From: Octopus vulgaris
Taxonomy: Eukaryota
Assembly (NCBI GenBank): GCA_951406725.2
Contig: OX597816.1
Span: 76,880,001 to 76,944,000, forward strand
Length of the DNA stretch: 64,000 nt
Direction of reading: 5' to 3'
The translations under genes were made by a program, and so were the position numbers. The notes beneath the pieces are model-generated. The model was not told the DNA's origin. It made no database searches and was given only the letters and a program-made list of their open reading frames with translations. Positions 49,822 to 64,000 of the stretch are shown piece after piece; the first letter of the stretch is position 1, and each line of letters begins with the position of its first letter.

Positions 49822-50762
49822 GTTATCATTATTATTATTTTACCTTCTGAGTTCAAATTCTACCGAGGCTGATTTTGATTTTCATCAATTCAGTGTCAAT
49901 AAATTAAGTACTAGTGAAACACTAGGGTTGCTTTAATCGGCTAGCCCTTTCCACCGATATTTCAAGCCTTGTGTCTTTATTAGAAAGGATTATTTTTGTT
50001 GCTGTTGTTAGCCAGTGAGCTTATAAAATCGTTAGCTCGCCGGACTAAATGCCTAGCAGCATCCCATCCGCCTCTTTAGGTTCTCTGTACAAATACTACC
50101 GATATCATCTTTACTCTTCATCCCTTCGGGGTCAACAAAATGTGTATCGACTCAGCACTAGGGTCGATGTAATCGACTTCTCCATTCCATCAAAAATTGC
50201 TGATCTTATGCTAAAATTAATTTTAATTACTTATTTATTTAAAGACCATATGAAGACTAATATGTTGGCTTTTATCCCTTTTTGTCGAAGAATGAGGTGT
50301 TATTCATTCATCTTTTGTTTTATTCAATTCTTTTTTAGTTTCCTGCAATGATGACATTGGCTGTGAATCTCATAATCAAATTATCGATTCTCTGAAAGTA
50401 ATAGTGCAAATTCCCCCTTAATGTATTATAAATAGATCAAAATCAATCTGATGAAGCCCATCTCTTTCAATAATTCATTTACTTATGTCTGAATTCAAAT
50501 CAGGCAGATGTTAGCTATGCTCTCATATTTCCAGGATCAATAAAATAGACACTAATGAGGTACTGGGATCGATATAATCAACTAACCTCCATCGCAAATA
50601 AGTTTCTTGACCGGGGCGTTTTATAAGTAACCATTGTTTAAACCCAGCAAAGCAGGCTAATCAAATACTGTATATACAATACACCAACTGCTTACAACAG
50701 TGAGTTATACTTTGCCTATAATACTTGGGTAGGTGGGTAGATGTATATATATATAGAGAGAG

Positions 50763-50912
<150 letters not shown>

Positions 50913-50994
50913 GGTACGTATGTACATACGTAATACATACATACATACATAAATACATACAAACGAAATACTGTGTCCTTACCAGAAATTAATA

Positions 50995-51207
50995 CTGGTT
51001 TCAAATTTTGGCACAAGTCCAGCAATCTTGGAGAAGGCGCTAAGTGAGTTAAGTCGACCCCACTGCTCAACTGGTACTTTATCGACCCCGATAAGGATGA
51101 AAGGCAAAGTCAACCCCTACGGCATTTGAACCCAGAACATATAAACGGACGAAATGCCGCCAAGCATCTTACTCGGCGTGCTAACGATTCTTCCCGCTAG
51201 CCACCCT
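50995..51207 (-). mobile_element. SINE family B
   Basis: Reverse complement of the family B head and core. Confidence 0.75.
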
Positions 51208-51586
51208 ACTAGCAGCAATTAATATTGCAAAACAAAATATTGTGTCTTTACCAACAATTAACACTTACGTACCAGTTGGCAGAAATGTGTTTAATATATA
51301 AGTTGGTCTGTCCGATAGTGTTACACCACTAGACTTAGTGGGTAATTTAAGAAATACGTTTGTGGATAGTTGACGTGTTAGATGTGGAGCCGATGAAAGT
51401 GTAATAACGCTTGAAACATGTGGATATATACTCATTACCTATTGTTTCTATCTTTGATCACATTGTTTGCATTGGCGTATTCATATACGAAATGTCTCTA
51501 GATTCTATAGAAAATTTATATAAATAAACTTTAAAATGAGAACATCGCACTCCTAACACAAAAGTAAGACAGTATTGACTTGTAAA

Positions 51587-51818
51587 GGTGGCGAGCTGGC
51601 AGAAACGTTAGCACGCCGGGCGAAATGCGTAGCCGTATTTCGTCTGTCGTTACGTTGTGAGTTCAAATTCCGCCGAGGTCGACTTTGCCTTTCATCCTTT
51701 CGGGGTCGATAAATTAAGTACCAGCTATGCACTGGGGTCGATGTAATCGACTTAATACCTATGTCTGTCCTTGTTTGTCCCCTCTATGTTTAGCCCCTTG
51801 TGGGTAATAAAGAAATAG
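51587..51818 (+). mobile_element. Full-length SINE family B with 15-bp TSD
   Basis: GTATTGACTTGTAAA at 51572-51586 and 51819-51833; B-box GAGTTCAAATTCC. Confidence 0.9.
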
Positions 51819-52238
51819 GTATTGACTTGTAAACCTTTCATATACTCAGTAGTATATAATGGTTGCAAAACGAAACAGTGTCGTTACCAACAGTTAATAT
51901 ACAAAATTATATGTGTATGCATGTGTAGTCATGTGGCTGGTTGAAACAATATCAGAATCAATATCACCAAATGTGTCAACACATAACAATGAAACATTCA
52001 ATCAGCTGTTCACTTAAAATATTAATGCAAACCAATCTTTTAATACTACCTTCGTTTACTCGAGCAATACAATTGTTAACTTCTACTAATAGCATATATA
52101 CTTTCATATATGAGCACCCACACAAACACTCGCGCACTTACTACAAATAACCAATAACCAGTCAACGTGGAACCTCCACCTGAAACAGAGTATTTCGGCC
52201 TGTTAGAAATAGCTATTTCGTCTCCCTTTCATTATATA

Positions 52239-52496
52239 ATAATAATAAATGCGCCCTTTTAAAGCTTAGCCAGGCTCTTGGGCCCAGTTTCCCGGTTTCT
52301 ATGGCGTATGTGTTCCCCAGCTGCACGGGACGCCAGTCCATCGCAGTGTTATTCCTTTTTGCCGGCTGAGTGGACTGGAGCAACGTGAAATGAAGTGTTT
52401 TTCTCAAGAACACAACGCGTCGCCCGGTCCAGGAATCGAAACCACAATCTTGCGATCATGGCGCTGACACCCTAACCACTAAGCCACGCGCCTCCA
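52239..52496 (-). mobile_element. Full-length tRNA-derived SINE family C (V-domain-like core) with 15-bp TSD
   Basis: CCCTTTCATTATATA at 52224-52238 and 52497-52511; A/B boxes; GCGATGGACTGGCGTCCC core. Confidence 0.9.
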
Positions 52497-54100
52497 CCCT
52501 TTCATTATATACCATCTTTTAAGAAAATACAGTGGATAATGTGACAGAAAAGAACGTGTACGTGTTGATATGTATAGTTGCCAGGAAGAGTAGGAAAGCC
52601 AGCATGTCTTAAAGTGTGGTCCAACGACGATGGATGGGGCAAAAAGTCCCCTCCTCCCCTCATTAGTTTATTGTGGTTCCGAATGTTATCCTTATATGAT
52701 ATAATCCAGGATACATATTAGGTGAAAGATGGCATGATTTGATTACAGCTTGAATTACGTTAACATAAGTCTACTTGATCAGATCAAAGTTGACATAGGC
52801 TAAACATCAATAACAACAGATATACAAATGATACCTTGATAAATAAACAAGTCTCAATGTGAAGGATAATCTTCTATCGAATATTCCAAGGATAGATTAC
52901 GAAGTAACTTCTGGTTGCCTTCTGTTAATTGGTGAGATGCCGATAGATGTTTCCCAAGGTCTGGTACATGTTCGCAACTTCTATTCAAACTGTTCAACAC
53001 GGAGTTAAGTATCCAGTTGAAAGATCTGCAACATACTTGCTCTCTAGATGAAATACTATTTTATCGATTTGCTTCTTGCTTTTTTTTTACATTTGGCTCT
53101 TATGTTTCTATTATTATATAAGCTATGCACTGAACTATCTGTGGTTGCTTATAATTTTGGTTTCTTATTTTAAGAAGTGAAACCAAACAATAATCAGGAA
53201 GTTCTGTAAAGATAACAAATACTATAATTTACCAGCTTTTGGCAAGTGTCTTTGCAATGAATCGGAGATAAACTCTCACGAAACTTAGATTTCTGCCTTC
53301 TTTTTTTTATTTTGATTTTTACGTAGGATGTTTGTTATTTTGTTTTATATTAATGCTTATATACATTACCGGTTGTCAGTTTATAAATATCGAGAGGAAT
53401 GTATAAATAGATAGGTATATCAACTAAAACAATAAACAATTGAATATTCCCACTATGTTATTTTTATTTCTTATATTCCAGATAAACTTACTGATAATGT
53501 GTCTTATCTTTCATTTATTATTATCTGCAGGGTGAGTATTTATGTCTCACAAGAATTTATTCAGCTTCGATGTATGCAAAGGTGTATACTCTTCCATAAA
53601 ATTATTTCAAATTAAATATGGTTATCGTAAATGATTCAACTTGAAGAAAATGAAAGGGAACAAGAACGATTGTCCACTTCACAGAACTTCAGTTTTCAGA
53701 CTCATAAATCTTCAGTTATCCGACTCAGAAGTTCGGTTGTCAGGCTCCTTCAGTTTTGCTTGCCACACCCAAACCACACCGGACGTTAATTCAACACATC
53801 TTTGGTAGTGAGGCAGTCACAGGTTCACTTGACAGGTATGGCAACTCCAAGTAGCAAATATATTTGGTTGTTAGCACCGCATAATTTTGGTGGTCAGGTC
53901 CACACAACTTTGGTTATTAGTTACACATATTTTCGATTATCAACTCCACACTACGTCGGATGGAAAATAAAAACGTAGAAGATTGAAGAGATACAAACCA
54001 TAAGATTTTCTTTTCTATCTGAAATTGGCACTTATTATGCCCGTTATCCATATTATTTACGATATATTGAGTATTTCTCACCTCGCACTCATTATCAGAT

Positions 54101-54502
54101 TTATATCACTACATGATTAATTGCATATATTGTTGACTGATGTATACCTAACCTTGATTGCATCAACTTAGAATGTAATCTAGTAATTTCGAAATGAGTT
54201 TTATTAATGCTCATGACAAAAGAAAGTGGGATAGGAATCTGTGACCGCTTAAATTGGAATGGGACATTAGATGGTATAACTGGTATGCAAGGTAGGAAGG
54301 CGGTGTCACATTTACCACAACCAGTGAGAATATTTGCCTCAATGCAGTTCCTCATAAGTTTGTGAACAATTATTGTTGTACCATTGCATAATTTTTCTCG
54401 AGACAAATTAGGCAATAGCATAATAGCTTCTCCTGAACCAGGTACTTTCATTTTACCGGAGAAAGAAAGAGATGAAATTTTGATTTTATATATATATATA
54501 GA
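54101..54502 (-). pseudogene. Helitron RepHel (PIF1-like helicase) fragment next to a Helitron-like 5' end
   Basis: IMLLPNLSREKLCNGT...IEANILTG...IPVIPSNVPFQFKRSQIPIPLSFVMSINK; minus-strand TCTATATATATATAAAA begins at 54502. Confidence 0.8.
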
Positions 54503-54589
54503 AAAAGCACAATAGATTCCCTTGAAACATTTACTTTCATTTTGCTGGGCAGACAGAATCTCTCTTTTATATAAGTAGATAGTTAATTT

Positions 54590-54855
54590 AAGGCGGTCGA
54601 TAAAATAAGTTTTAGTCGTGTACAGGAGGCGATGTAATCGATTTATCCCTTCCCCTAAATCAAGTTAGGGCGGCGAGTTGGCAGGAAAATTACAAGCAGA
54701 ATTTTGTTCGCTTTTTGTTTGTCTGAGTTCAAATTCCGCTGAGGTCGATTTTACCTTTATTCCCTTTCGGAATCGATAAAATAGGCACCAGTTAAGCACT
54801 GGGGTTGATGTAATTACCCCGAAATTGGTGGTCTTGTGCCCAAATTTGAAAGCTA
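54590..54855 (+). mobile_element. SINE family B fragments
   Basis: GGCGGCGAGTTGGCAG...GAGTTCAAATTCCGCTGAGGTCGA; further diverged copies at 49840-50225 and 55380-55690. Confidence 0.65.
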
Positions 54856-56357
54856 TATGAATAAATTAATCAATAGACACTATAGAAGAGTAGATACATC
54901 ACAACTTGATAATGAGTTACTCATCTGCTTGTCTTAAGTTTGACCACCGCAAAGATAAACGTTACGCTTCGTTCCGACGGAGTAGACAGGGTTGTTATCT
55001 ATCAAAGGTACTCTACTTCTAAAACTTGTGACCTCGTACTTATATTTACAATATAATCAATATTAATTTTACAGCAGTGGACAACATACCATGCGGTATT
55101 ATGTTACTGTAGTTACACATCCCATTAGGGGTGGTATTTTAACATAACTCCACAGAAATATTATTCAAAAGTTATTACATGCTTATTTAATTAGCGAAGA
55201 GATTGTCTTGCGCTTTGGCAACAAGTCACCTCAAATCTCAAGATTTTTTCGTAAGATTCTTGAAGAGGACAAAATTTCAATTTCCATGGGGGGTCAACAA
55301 TGCGAGTCTCAATTTCCATATCTCTCATGGACGAAGCTACAATCCTGGATCAAGCGTAGACTGAGAAAGATGATTTAAATCACTGGGCTTGATATAATCG
55401 ATTTAAACCCCCCCCCTTGAAATTGCTGACCTTGTGCCAAAATCTGGAACCATTATTATTATTAGCCAGTGAACTTGTATGACTCGTTAGCACGCCGCAC
55501 TAAATGTCTAAAGACATCTTTTCCGGCTCGTTACGTTCTGAGTTCAAATACTACCGAGGTTGTCTTTGCCTATCATCCTTTTGAAATGGATAAAATAAGT
55601 ATCAACTAAGCACTAGAGTCATATAACCGACTTCTCCCTTCCATCAGAAATTGCCGGCCTTGCACCATAATTAGGAAGAATTATTATTACTTTAAAAGTA
55701 ATAGAAAACTGCATATAAAAGAAGCAAATTTTGTACATATGTTTAAGTATATATCGGTGGACCTGCATTCATTTCTGCGTGTGTTTGCGCACGGGTGTGG
55801 TTATATATGTGTATGTGTTTATATTTACAATGTGTTAGTGTGTCTTTCTATATAACAATGAGCGATGTATCTTCGTATCTGTGCATTTGTGTGTATATTA
55901 TTGTATTCGTTTCAATGTGTGTATATGTGTATGCCTGCGTTTGAGTGCATTTGTTTATATCTGTCTGCACATTTATGGTGCGTATTTCTGTGTATATAGG
56001 TGTGTGTTTATGTATATCTGCATGTATGTATGTTTCTGTATAAATACATCTCTGCAAATTTTGTATGCGTTTATGTGCGTTCACATATGTTGGTTTTCAT
56101 ACCTAAGTGCACATGCTGTGTATGATTATTAGCCCACGTATTTCTATGTTCGACATCGTATGTGTTACATTCCTGTAGGAGGAATGTTTACGCGCAAAAA
56201 TCCAGCTGTTCCCTTCATCAGACAAATGACATACGTTGAAGCATTGAAAGGTCGTTCCTAAGCGCTTTCAACACCATCTACTGGCATTGAAATATTTCTG
56301 TACAGCCTCAAATTCGGAAAGGTAACAAATTTTATTTACTTATATATATATATATAT

Positions 56358-56454
<97 letters not shown>

Positions 56455-56569
56455 TAGATAGATAGATAGATAGGTACACACACACCCCTACGCACACGCA
56501 CACACACACATACATATGTATCAAGTGACCAGCATGGAAATAATAACCTTCAAAGGTATAATAATTAAC

Positions 56570-56709
56570 AAATTATAAATTAGGGTATCTACGAGATACT
56601 ACCATGCTGAAAATAGCAGCCATGATCTCACTTAAGATGGTTTTAGAGTCAGATCATGGCTGCTATTTTCAGCATGTTGGTATCTCGTAGATACCCTATT
56701 TTATAATTT
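56570..56709. repeat. 59-bp near-perfect hairpin
   Basis: 56570-56628 is the reverse complement of 56651-56709 with two mismatches and one G:U; 22-nt loop. Confidence 0.85.
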
Positions 56710-56711
56710 AA

Positions 56712-56759
<48 letters not shown>

Positions 56760-57150
56760 TAGAAGTAGCTGTAGTATTGTAAACATTATTGAACACACAT
56801 ACACAATGCATGCACGCAGATTGTTCGCCGGTAGGCCGCAAAATTGTGCGGTGGAGATGACTACCTCAAAGGACTGAGTGTTAACACTTGAAAGTTTTTA
56901 ACACCCGGCGAACTAACACGTCACGTACGTTGTGTATGTACGATTATATACAATACTTATACACACACATATACATACATCCATATATATATATGCGCAT
57001 ATGTATGTACATGTATGCAATATGTGGGAAAAAATTGTTATATTTGCGTGGGGTGTATATGCATGTTTGTACATGGTGTATATGGAAGAATTGCGTGTAA
57101 AGTGGAAGTAGCTTTTTATTTTTAAAAATGTTATTAAATATTATCAAATA

Positions 57151-57620
57151 GGCGAAGGTGTAGCTGTGTGGTAAGAAGCTTGATTCCCCACCACGTGGTT
57201 TCGTGTTCAGTCCCACTACGTGGACACCTGGGGGAAGTGTCTTCTACAATCGTCTCGAGCTGACCAAAGCTGTTTGAGTGGATTTGGTAGACGAAAACTG
57301 AAAGAAGCCCGTCGTACATATATATATATATATATATATTATGTATGTATGAATGTATGTATGTATGTGTACAAATTTATATTTGTGTCTGTGTTTGTCT
57401 CCTCCTCCACACACATCATCGCTTGGCAACCCATGTAGGTGAGTTTACGTCTCCGTAACTTACCTGTTCGGAAAAAGAGACCGATAGAATAAGTACTAGG
57501 CTTACGAAGAATAAATCCTGGGCTCGATTTGCTTGACTAAAATCCCTAAGGGAGGTGCTCCAGCATGGTCACAGTCAAATGACTGAAACAAGCAAAAGAA
57601 TAAAAGAATAAAAGAATAAA
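57151..57620 (+). mobile_element. Full-length SINE family A
   Basis: GGCGAAGGTGTAGCTGTGTGG head, B-box GTTCAGTCCC, internal (TA)n, AATAAAAG tail repeats. Confidence 0.85.
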
Positions 57621-60508
57621 TGGTTTTCATTATCATAATTAGAAGATCACACGCTTCGTCTTAGCCGTTTGTATCTAAAAGCTTTCATTCCGATGTGATT
57701 ACAATAATCGCCTTCCGTTGCATATATTCATTTGTACACTAAATTTTGTTTTCATATAGCTATACATATATGCACACTCGTGAGTACAGTTAGATGTACG
57801 ACTACTGCTGTTGGGTTAGAACTCCAGATAGATTATCATTCATTTTCCAGACAGCTTCCAGTATTGCGGTTAGTCTACCACCCTACTAAGTAATGTTACC
57901 AGTTATGATATATAGACCATATGTAGTGAGAAAATTAAGATAAGCATAAGTATAAATCATTAGTTACTACCTATGTTTCAACATTACAGTTGTCTGGAAA
58001 TCAGCATTGAATATTCCAAGAGCATCTGGATGCCTAACAGCAATGAATCATTAAGGAAACATTTTATTGCATTATGTTACAAAGATCTAGAGATTTAATT
58101 GTCCCCTATATAGATATAAAGTTTATTTTCGAATCCCGCTAACTCGTAAATGGAAAACAGCGACATGAAGATGATTAGAAGTAAAATTATTTAGTGTGTG
58201 CAAGTTTCGTTAAATATTATATTAAACATTTCCACTTGCTGTGGTGATACGTCTACCTATCCATCCATCTATTACAATAAATATCTCTCAATCTATTTCA
58301 CAATTATGAATTCATATATTCTTTTATTCGTTTCTTTCATTAGTCAAAGTCATTGAACTACGGCCATACGTGAGTACCATCTTAAAGAGCTTGGCCGATC
58401 AAACGGATTCCAATACTTATTTAGTCGACCTGGTTTTATTTTCGAAACGCTGTGTTACAGAGAAGTAAGCAAACCATTTTATGTTGTTTTGGTTAAACGG
58501 TGTTTTGAATGCCCTTCAATGGGGAATCACTTTCTTAAAATGGTATATACTTTTCTTTTTTCTTTTTCTTCGGTGTGCATCTTTTGTTCATTGATTAGAA
58601 CGGATTAGATGCTCACTTTCTTACAATAAGAAGTAGTTTTCAAATGTATTTTAGAAATGTTTTTTACTAATATTTGTGGCTATAGAATGTTTCTTCTTGC
58701 AATGGTTAAGAGATATTTTAATATATAATGTGATTTTGCTTTCTTACAATTGCGTTCAAATATTTTTGGAATCTGATTTAAATATAGTTCGCTTTTTTTA
58801 TTTATTGAAACAGGCTAGAAGTTGGTATTCTTGTGAAAAATATCTGTTTATGAAAAACCTCTTGGACATTTATGTTAGGCTTAGATTTTATTGAATTAGG
58901 TAAGAGTCGTTTGAAAATAAGGTACCATGTCGTAATATGGATCTGGGTATCGATTTTTTAATGGATTTTATCAGAATAGGGATGTAAGGTCTCTTAGTGT
59001 AATGTTTACATTAAAAGCCATTTTTATACTGATCTTAAATTCATTTAAAGTGCTATCAAAAACCAAATTATTACGAGGTGATTTTAAAAATTATATCGTG
59101 GTTAAGGATAACGTTCTTTCAGATATTCTGCAAAATATTTTTCAAAGTTTTCAAAAATATTTTTCTGAAATCTTGTACAAAATTTTAAAATCTCTTTAAT
59201 ATTATGTGAATTACTCATAAAATTTGCTTTGTAAAATTTATAAAGAGTGTTTTCTTAAGAATTCTTCACAAAAATTTTCATTTCAATTTTCAAATTAAAA
59301 TTTAAGATTTAATAAAATTTTCTTTCAAAATATTATGCTACAGTTGGCGTTTCTTAAAAATGGTTATAAAGAAGATATAACAATAGGCCAACCGAAAATA
59401 GTCAAAACAGAAAACATAATATGTGGTAAAATTTTTCATTCAATAGAGGATTGCAACACACAGTCAGTGTTTATCAAAACTCTATCTGAATACATCTCTC
59501 TACTCCAAAATTATAAGATTATAAATTACATTAAAAAAACAGCTATAGTGTTATGTTTTACTACCTAAAGGAAAATATTAGTGGAAGATACTAAAAATAA
59601 AAAGGAAAAATGATAAAGAAACAATGTTAAATACAAAATATAAAAGGAAAAATACAGTATCACGAGATCTTATCTACTGAGAAGTGTGTGTTTTGTGACA
59701 GAAATTCTTTCTGGTTGTTTATTCAGGATATGAGTTCTAGTAAACATGTCATAAGTTCGTTACCTGAGATAAAACGAACCAGATTACTGAGAGTGTAACA
59801 CTTGATCCTTGGAATAAAAAGCCTGCAAGAACAGAATAAGCTAATTATTTATGCAGTAATTGACAAGTGAATCATCGACAAACGACAGTAGTTCTCTTTC
59901 AAAACAAATATCAGTGCAGAATCGATACTTAATTCATCGCTTGATTTAACATTTACACCAAGTGCTTGGGGACAGTTGCAAGAACTCCGATTTGAGAATA
60001 TCTCCCTCCTAGCCCTCTATCAGTGTCTGAGGCGTTGTAAAGAATCGTAGAGAATACCTTTGTTACTAAGTGATGCAAAGAAGTTAAAGATAGAAAGCAG
60101 TAAATCAGAAATGAGGACGGGTAGCAATTTACAAGAAATTGTTAAGAAAAGCTCACAGTCGACCTGCAAGTCGCAAAAACGGTGCTCGCCCATTTCTTTG
60201 ATGCAAAAATATTAAAGTTGCATTGTACGAACTTAAACACCTTCTCTTGGTCACATGTCACAGACAAATTATAATCTGATCCTTATAGGGACACAATGAT
60301 ACATTCTATTTCATTCCTTACAAAAGCATGCTATTTTCAGTAACGTCTACCACGACTGTTTGCTGCTATTCTTACCAATACAGATGACAGGATGCGAATG
60401 GATGATATCGACATCCCAGATACAAGAATCATTGAGTGATTGTGCAAATACTAATATTAATCTAGATTTGGATGTTCTACTCTATGAGCTTCATGTTTAT
60501 ATGCTAGA

Positions 60509-60838
60509 TTTTCCACTTTTGAAGTTCCCATGTCACTCGAAACATAGTGTACGACCCATTGCTTCGTCGCTGTAAACTTGGCAAAGCATGCTCAATGTCT
60601 CTGTATCAGACATCACAAGTTTCGTGCAAAATTTCACGTTGGCTCTTTGTTCCAACTTCCTCTTCATGACAAGACCACAGACTACAGCACACATGTGATC
60701 ACAAAAGCACAAACTTCACAACTTGCGAAGTAAACACAGCAATGTCACTCGGCAGCTCTCACTGCGCAAGCAACCATGTGCTGTCGTCTGTCGGCGCGCT
60801 ACAGAACTAGTCCGGGAACTTTTTGATACTACTTCATA
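60509..60838 (-). mobile_element. Mariner transposon 5' fragment (TIR + HTH)
   Basis: TIR TATGAAGTAGTATCAAAAAGTTCCCGGACTAG; translation KLEQRANVKFCTKL..SDTETLSML..VYSDEAMGRT..FE*H..FKSG. Confidence 0.8.
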
Positions 60839-62161
60839 TTTGACAATTTATTTCGTTTAACAGTTAATTGTATGTCCTTGTCGAAATACGTGCTGAACAA
60901 TTTGAAAAGGATCGCTCTCCGTTGTCACCCTCCGTAGATAATCAGTCAGGATCAGGATATCATAAATTAGCTGTATACAATATGCATCATAAGACAGAGT
61001 ATTGTATTGCATAATGATTTAGAACTGTTCGTATTAATGTTGGTGACAATACAGTTATTATTAATGTTGTTGCTATTGTTTATTCTCAAGACTGCTATAA
61101 ACAAACAGATCTATGATTTGGGGCTTTCCAGTTGTAACCATTACATCATTTTTGTGAGTGGGACGCTTATCTGTGTCCCATTTTGAAGACAATAAGATAG
61201 CATTTAATAGTTATTTCCATCTGTAGTGCAGATAGAATACTTATATTGAAGCTCCTCTTTACAGAGCAAGTACTTAATCCCATTGCCATGTGATAAGGCT
61301 GAGATATTGTATCCCTTGCGCAATGCAGTGCATATTAGAAATTAAAATTAATAATCGAAAGGTCTTTCAAAGTAAAACGAAGGAAATCTAGATATATTTT
61401 AACCATCCTGAATCATGTTAAAAGTGATCGAGGTGAGACTCCATCTTCAGAAGTGAGTAAACATAAAAATAATTAACGGGAAATTCTGTCGAAAATCACA
61501 GAATCTCATTCTCGAGAAGATACAAATTCTATTGATTGAAGAAGAAAGAGTTTAACCATGATGTTTAACCAAGTTGCAAGTCGCCAAGTATAAATCATAA
61601 AGGCTTATTGTTTATATAAAACACACACAAATACGTACATTTTTCATTACACCATTTACCATTTTTCATTACATCCATGATTACACCGTTTACTAACAAC
61701 CAAGTTAGATTAAATGTCCCATGACATTTTATCTTATGCTAAAACGATTCTTCTAGTTCACTATCTTGTACCAAACACCACAGAAAATCAACTTGTAAAA
61801 GGAATTGTCCTGGAGATCGCAATGTAAGACATTACAGTAATATGATAATCTCCCCTGATGGAATTTATGTAAAATATAGACACATCACACCAGATATTTT
61901 GAGATATAGAAAAATCATGTATAATAGTAACTCTCATCTGTCATGGAAATAATGACAAAAATAAAATATATATATATATATGAAACTAAAAATATGTAAG
62001 ACATAACAAAAGACTCGATTTCTGTTACATACATATACACACGATTTGACATTCAACCATATGCATAACACATGTACAAGTCAAAACAAGATTCCTACAA
62101 GTAATGACACGTGTACATGCAAATAGACATACATACGTATGCATATATTTGTCCATGCAGG

Positions 62162-62213
<52 letters not shown>

Positions 62214-62235
62214 CACACGCAGTCACACGAATATA

Positions 62236-62322
62236 CAGTAATCCCTTGCCATATCGCGGTTCACCTATCGCGGTGGGGGGAGAGGTTTGAACGTAACACT
62301 CGCAATAGTCGAGGGATTAACG
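62236..62322. mobile_element. Tigger/pogo-like MITE (internally deleted)
   Basis: CAGTAATCCCTTGCCATATCGCGG ... CGCAATAGTCGAGGGATTAACG with TA on both sides. Confidence 0.6.
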
Positions 62323-62374
62323 TATACATATATACATACATATATATAAATATCATATATATATATATACATAC

Positions 62375-62416
<42 letters not shown>

Positions 62417-62422
62417 AAGTAA

Positions 62423-62457
<35 letters not shown>

Positions 62458-62691
62458 AGTAATATATATACATACATAATATATATATATGAGAGGTTTT
62501 GGTATCCAGACCCAAAAGGCAGGTAAGGCTCCGTAAGTGCTACGGAAGGACCACTGTTAGACTCCCGGTTCGATAATAGCATGAGTGAGTAGTCTAACGC
62601 GGGTCGTGTGTGAGCATGTATGTGTTAAATAAAATGAGACAACAAAACCAACAAAGTGTGAAATCTCTAGGACATTTATAAAGAGAAAGTA

Positions 62692-62738
62692 GGCTTACAG
62701 CCGTTTCAGGGATATAAAGATATCCCATCACCAGAGAC
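62692..62738 (-). ncRNA. Decayed hammerhead ribozyme in a probable Penelope pseudo-LTR remnant (~62490-63230)
   Basis: GTCT-CTGGTGA-TGGGATAT(CTTT)ATATCCCT-GAAAC-GGCT-GTA-AGCC. Confidence 0.55.
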
Positions 62739-63239
62739 GATATGAGAGAGTTAAATAGAAGGAAGTAGTAGAGTTCAATTTAAGAAGTTATTTTGGAAAG
62801 GGAGAGATATAGGAAGTATAAAGAGAAATATGAGAATAAAAATAAACAGGGATACGCATACATATATATGTACCAATGCACACAATAATCAAAACGATTA
62901 CCTATATATATTCGTACTCGTATGCATACATTTACTTACGCACGAACACGCGCTTCTAATGCATTTATACCAATTCCTGCAATTAGCGTGGATATGAAGT
63001 TTATTGTGTGCAGTGCAATTGGTGCAGTGTTTAGGACCTAAATGCAGCCTTGAGACTCGGGGTATATTCAGTTGGGCGCTTGTGATCGTGCATACAACTG
63101 GAATATAAATCCGTCTTTAGTTCGGTATGTACATATATGTTCCTCTAGTGGTGCTTTGTACATGATAGAGATTGCATTGTGAGATTGTGAGATAGAGATT
63201 CCATGGTGCTTTACTAATTAAGTACTTTATGATATATAT

Positions 63240-63488
63240 AAAATGTGCCCTTTTAAAACCTAGCCAGGCTCATGGGCCCGGTTTCCCGGTTTCAATGGCG
63301 TATGTGTTCCCCAGCTGGACAGGACGCCAGTCCATCGCAGCGTTACTCATTTTTGCCAGCTGAGTGGACTTGAGCAACGTGAAATGAAGCGTTTTACTCA
63401 AGAACACAATACGTCGTCCGTTCCAGGAATCGAAACCACAATCTTACGATCATGATGCTGACACCCTAACCACTAAGCCACTCGCCTT
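63240..63488 (-). mobile_element. SINE family C
   Basis: Paralogous to 52239-52496. Confidence 0.85.
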
Positions 63489-64000
63489 AACTTTTATATA
63501 TGTATATATATGTATATATATGTGTGTGTGTGTGTGTGTCTGTATATATATAACGTCCGAAAGCACTGATTCTCTAACCTCTTGAACGTTGAAGAGGAAG
63601 ATATACTATAATATATGTGTGGAACATCCTGAAATGATATGTTCCAAACTTCGGCATTATAGAAAATTTTAATGCACAAGTTGGTAGGTACTGTCAGCTT
63701 CCAAATATACCACCATCGAAATCACGAGCAAAAACACTCTATTGTATCGAGCTGATATTTAGAGGTCCTTATTTTTGAACTACCTCCCTAAAGAAACTAG
63801 AAATATAACAAGGACGTCTACTGAAACATTAAAAAAAAACTCCTCGTCTATTCTGAACCAGCCAGCCATTCATGGATCCACTCAGGGAAGATCAGCTGCT
63901 ACAAACTCAATCATATTCCATCTTACAGCCATAAAGTGACAACAAAGCTAAAAGACAATAAATTAAGGCGGCTCTCCAACATGGCCCCAGTGTGCGAATA

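Noticed and set aside
53510-53540. TCTGCAG-G-GTGAGT as a 1-nt microexon
   Set aside because: No host gene context; CAGGGTG also starts Tc1-like TIRs; could be chance. Junction reads would be needed
58500-59570. AT-rich ORFs as host exons
   Set aside because: No recognisable domain; more likely a decayed TE (faint PLE-like echoes) or chance ORFs

Overview
AT-rich, microsatellite-rich eukaryotic DNA made almost entirely of transposable elements. The tRNA-headed SINE families suggest a cephalopod (Octopus-like) genome; this is inference from recalled repeat families, not a database match. I found no convincing host exon, and most short ORFs are microsatellite artefacts. The centrepiece is a very young ~5 kb palindrome (7599-12652) inside a (TA)n tract. 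It consists of two head-to-head copies of a Neptune-like Penelope retroelement (RT + Zn linker + GIY-YIG). Each copy ends in a minimal hammerhead ribozyme with a compensatory U3:A8 core and a palindromic stem III. The window also contains a second ~1.9 kb foldback with a nested Helitron, several decayed hammerhead relics and small foldbacks, and Helitrons. From about 43 to 50 kb a (TAA)n tract holds same-orientation R4/Dong retrotransposons plus four copies of an unexplained ~555-bp non-coding element. Other elements are a complete decayed Chapaev3-like transposon, mariner/maT/Tigger/hAT remnants, an L1/Tx1-like ORF1 remnant and a foldback carrying TTAGGG repeats. Coordinates and identities were read by eye.
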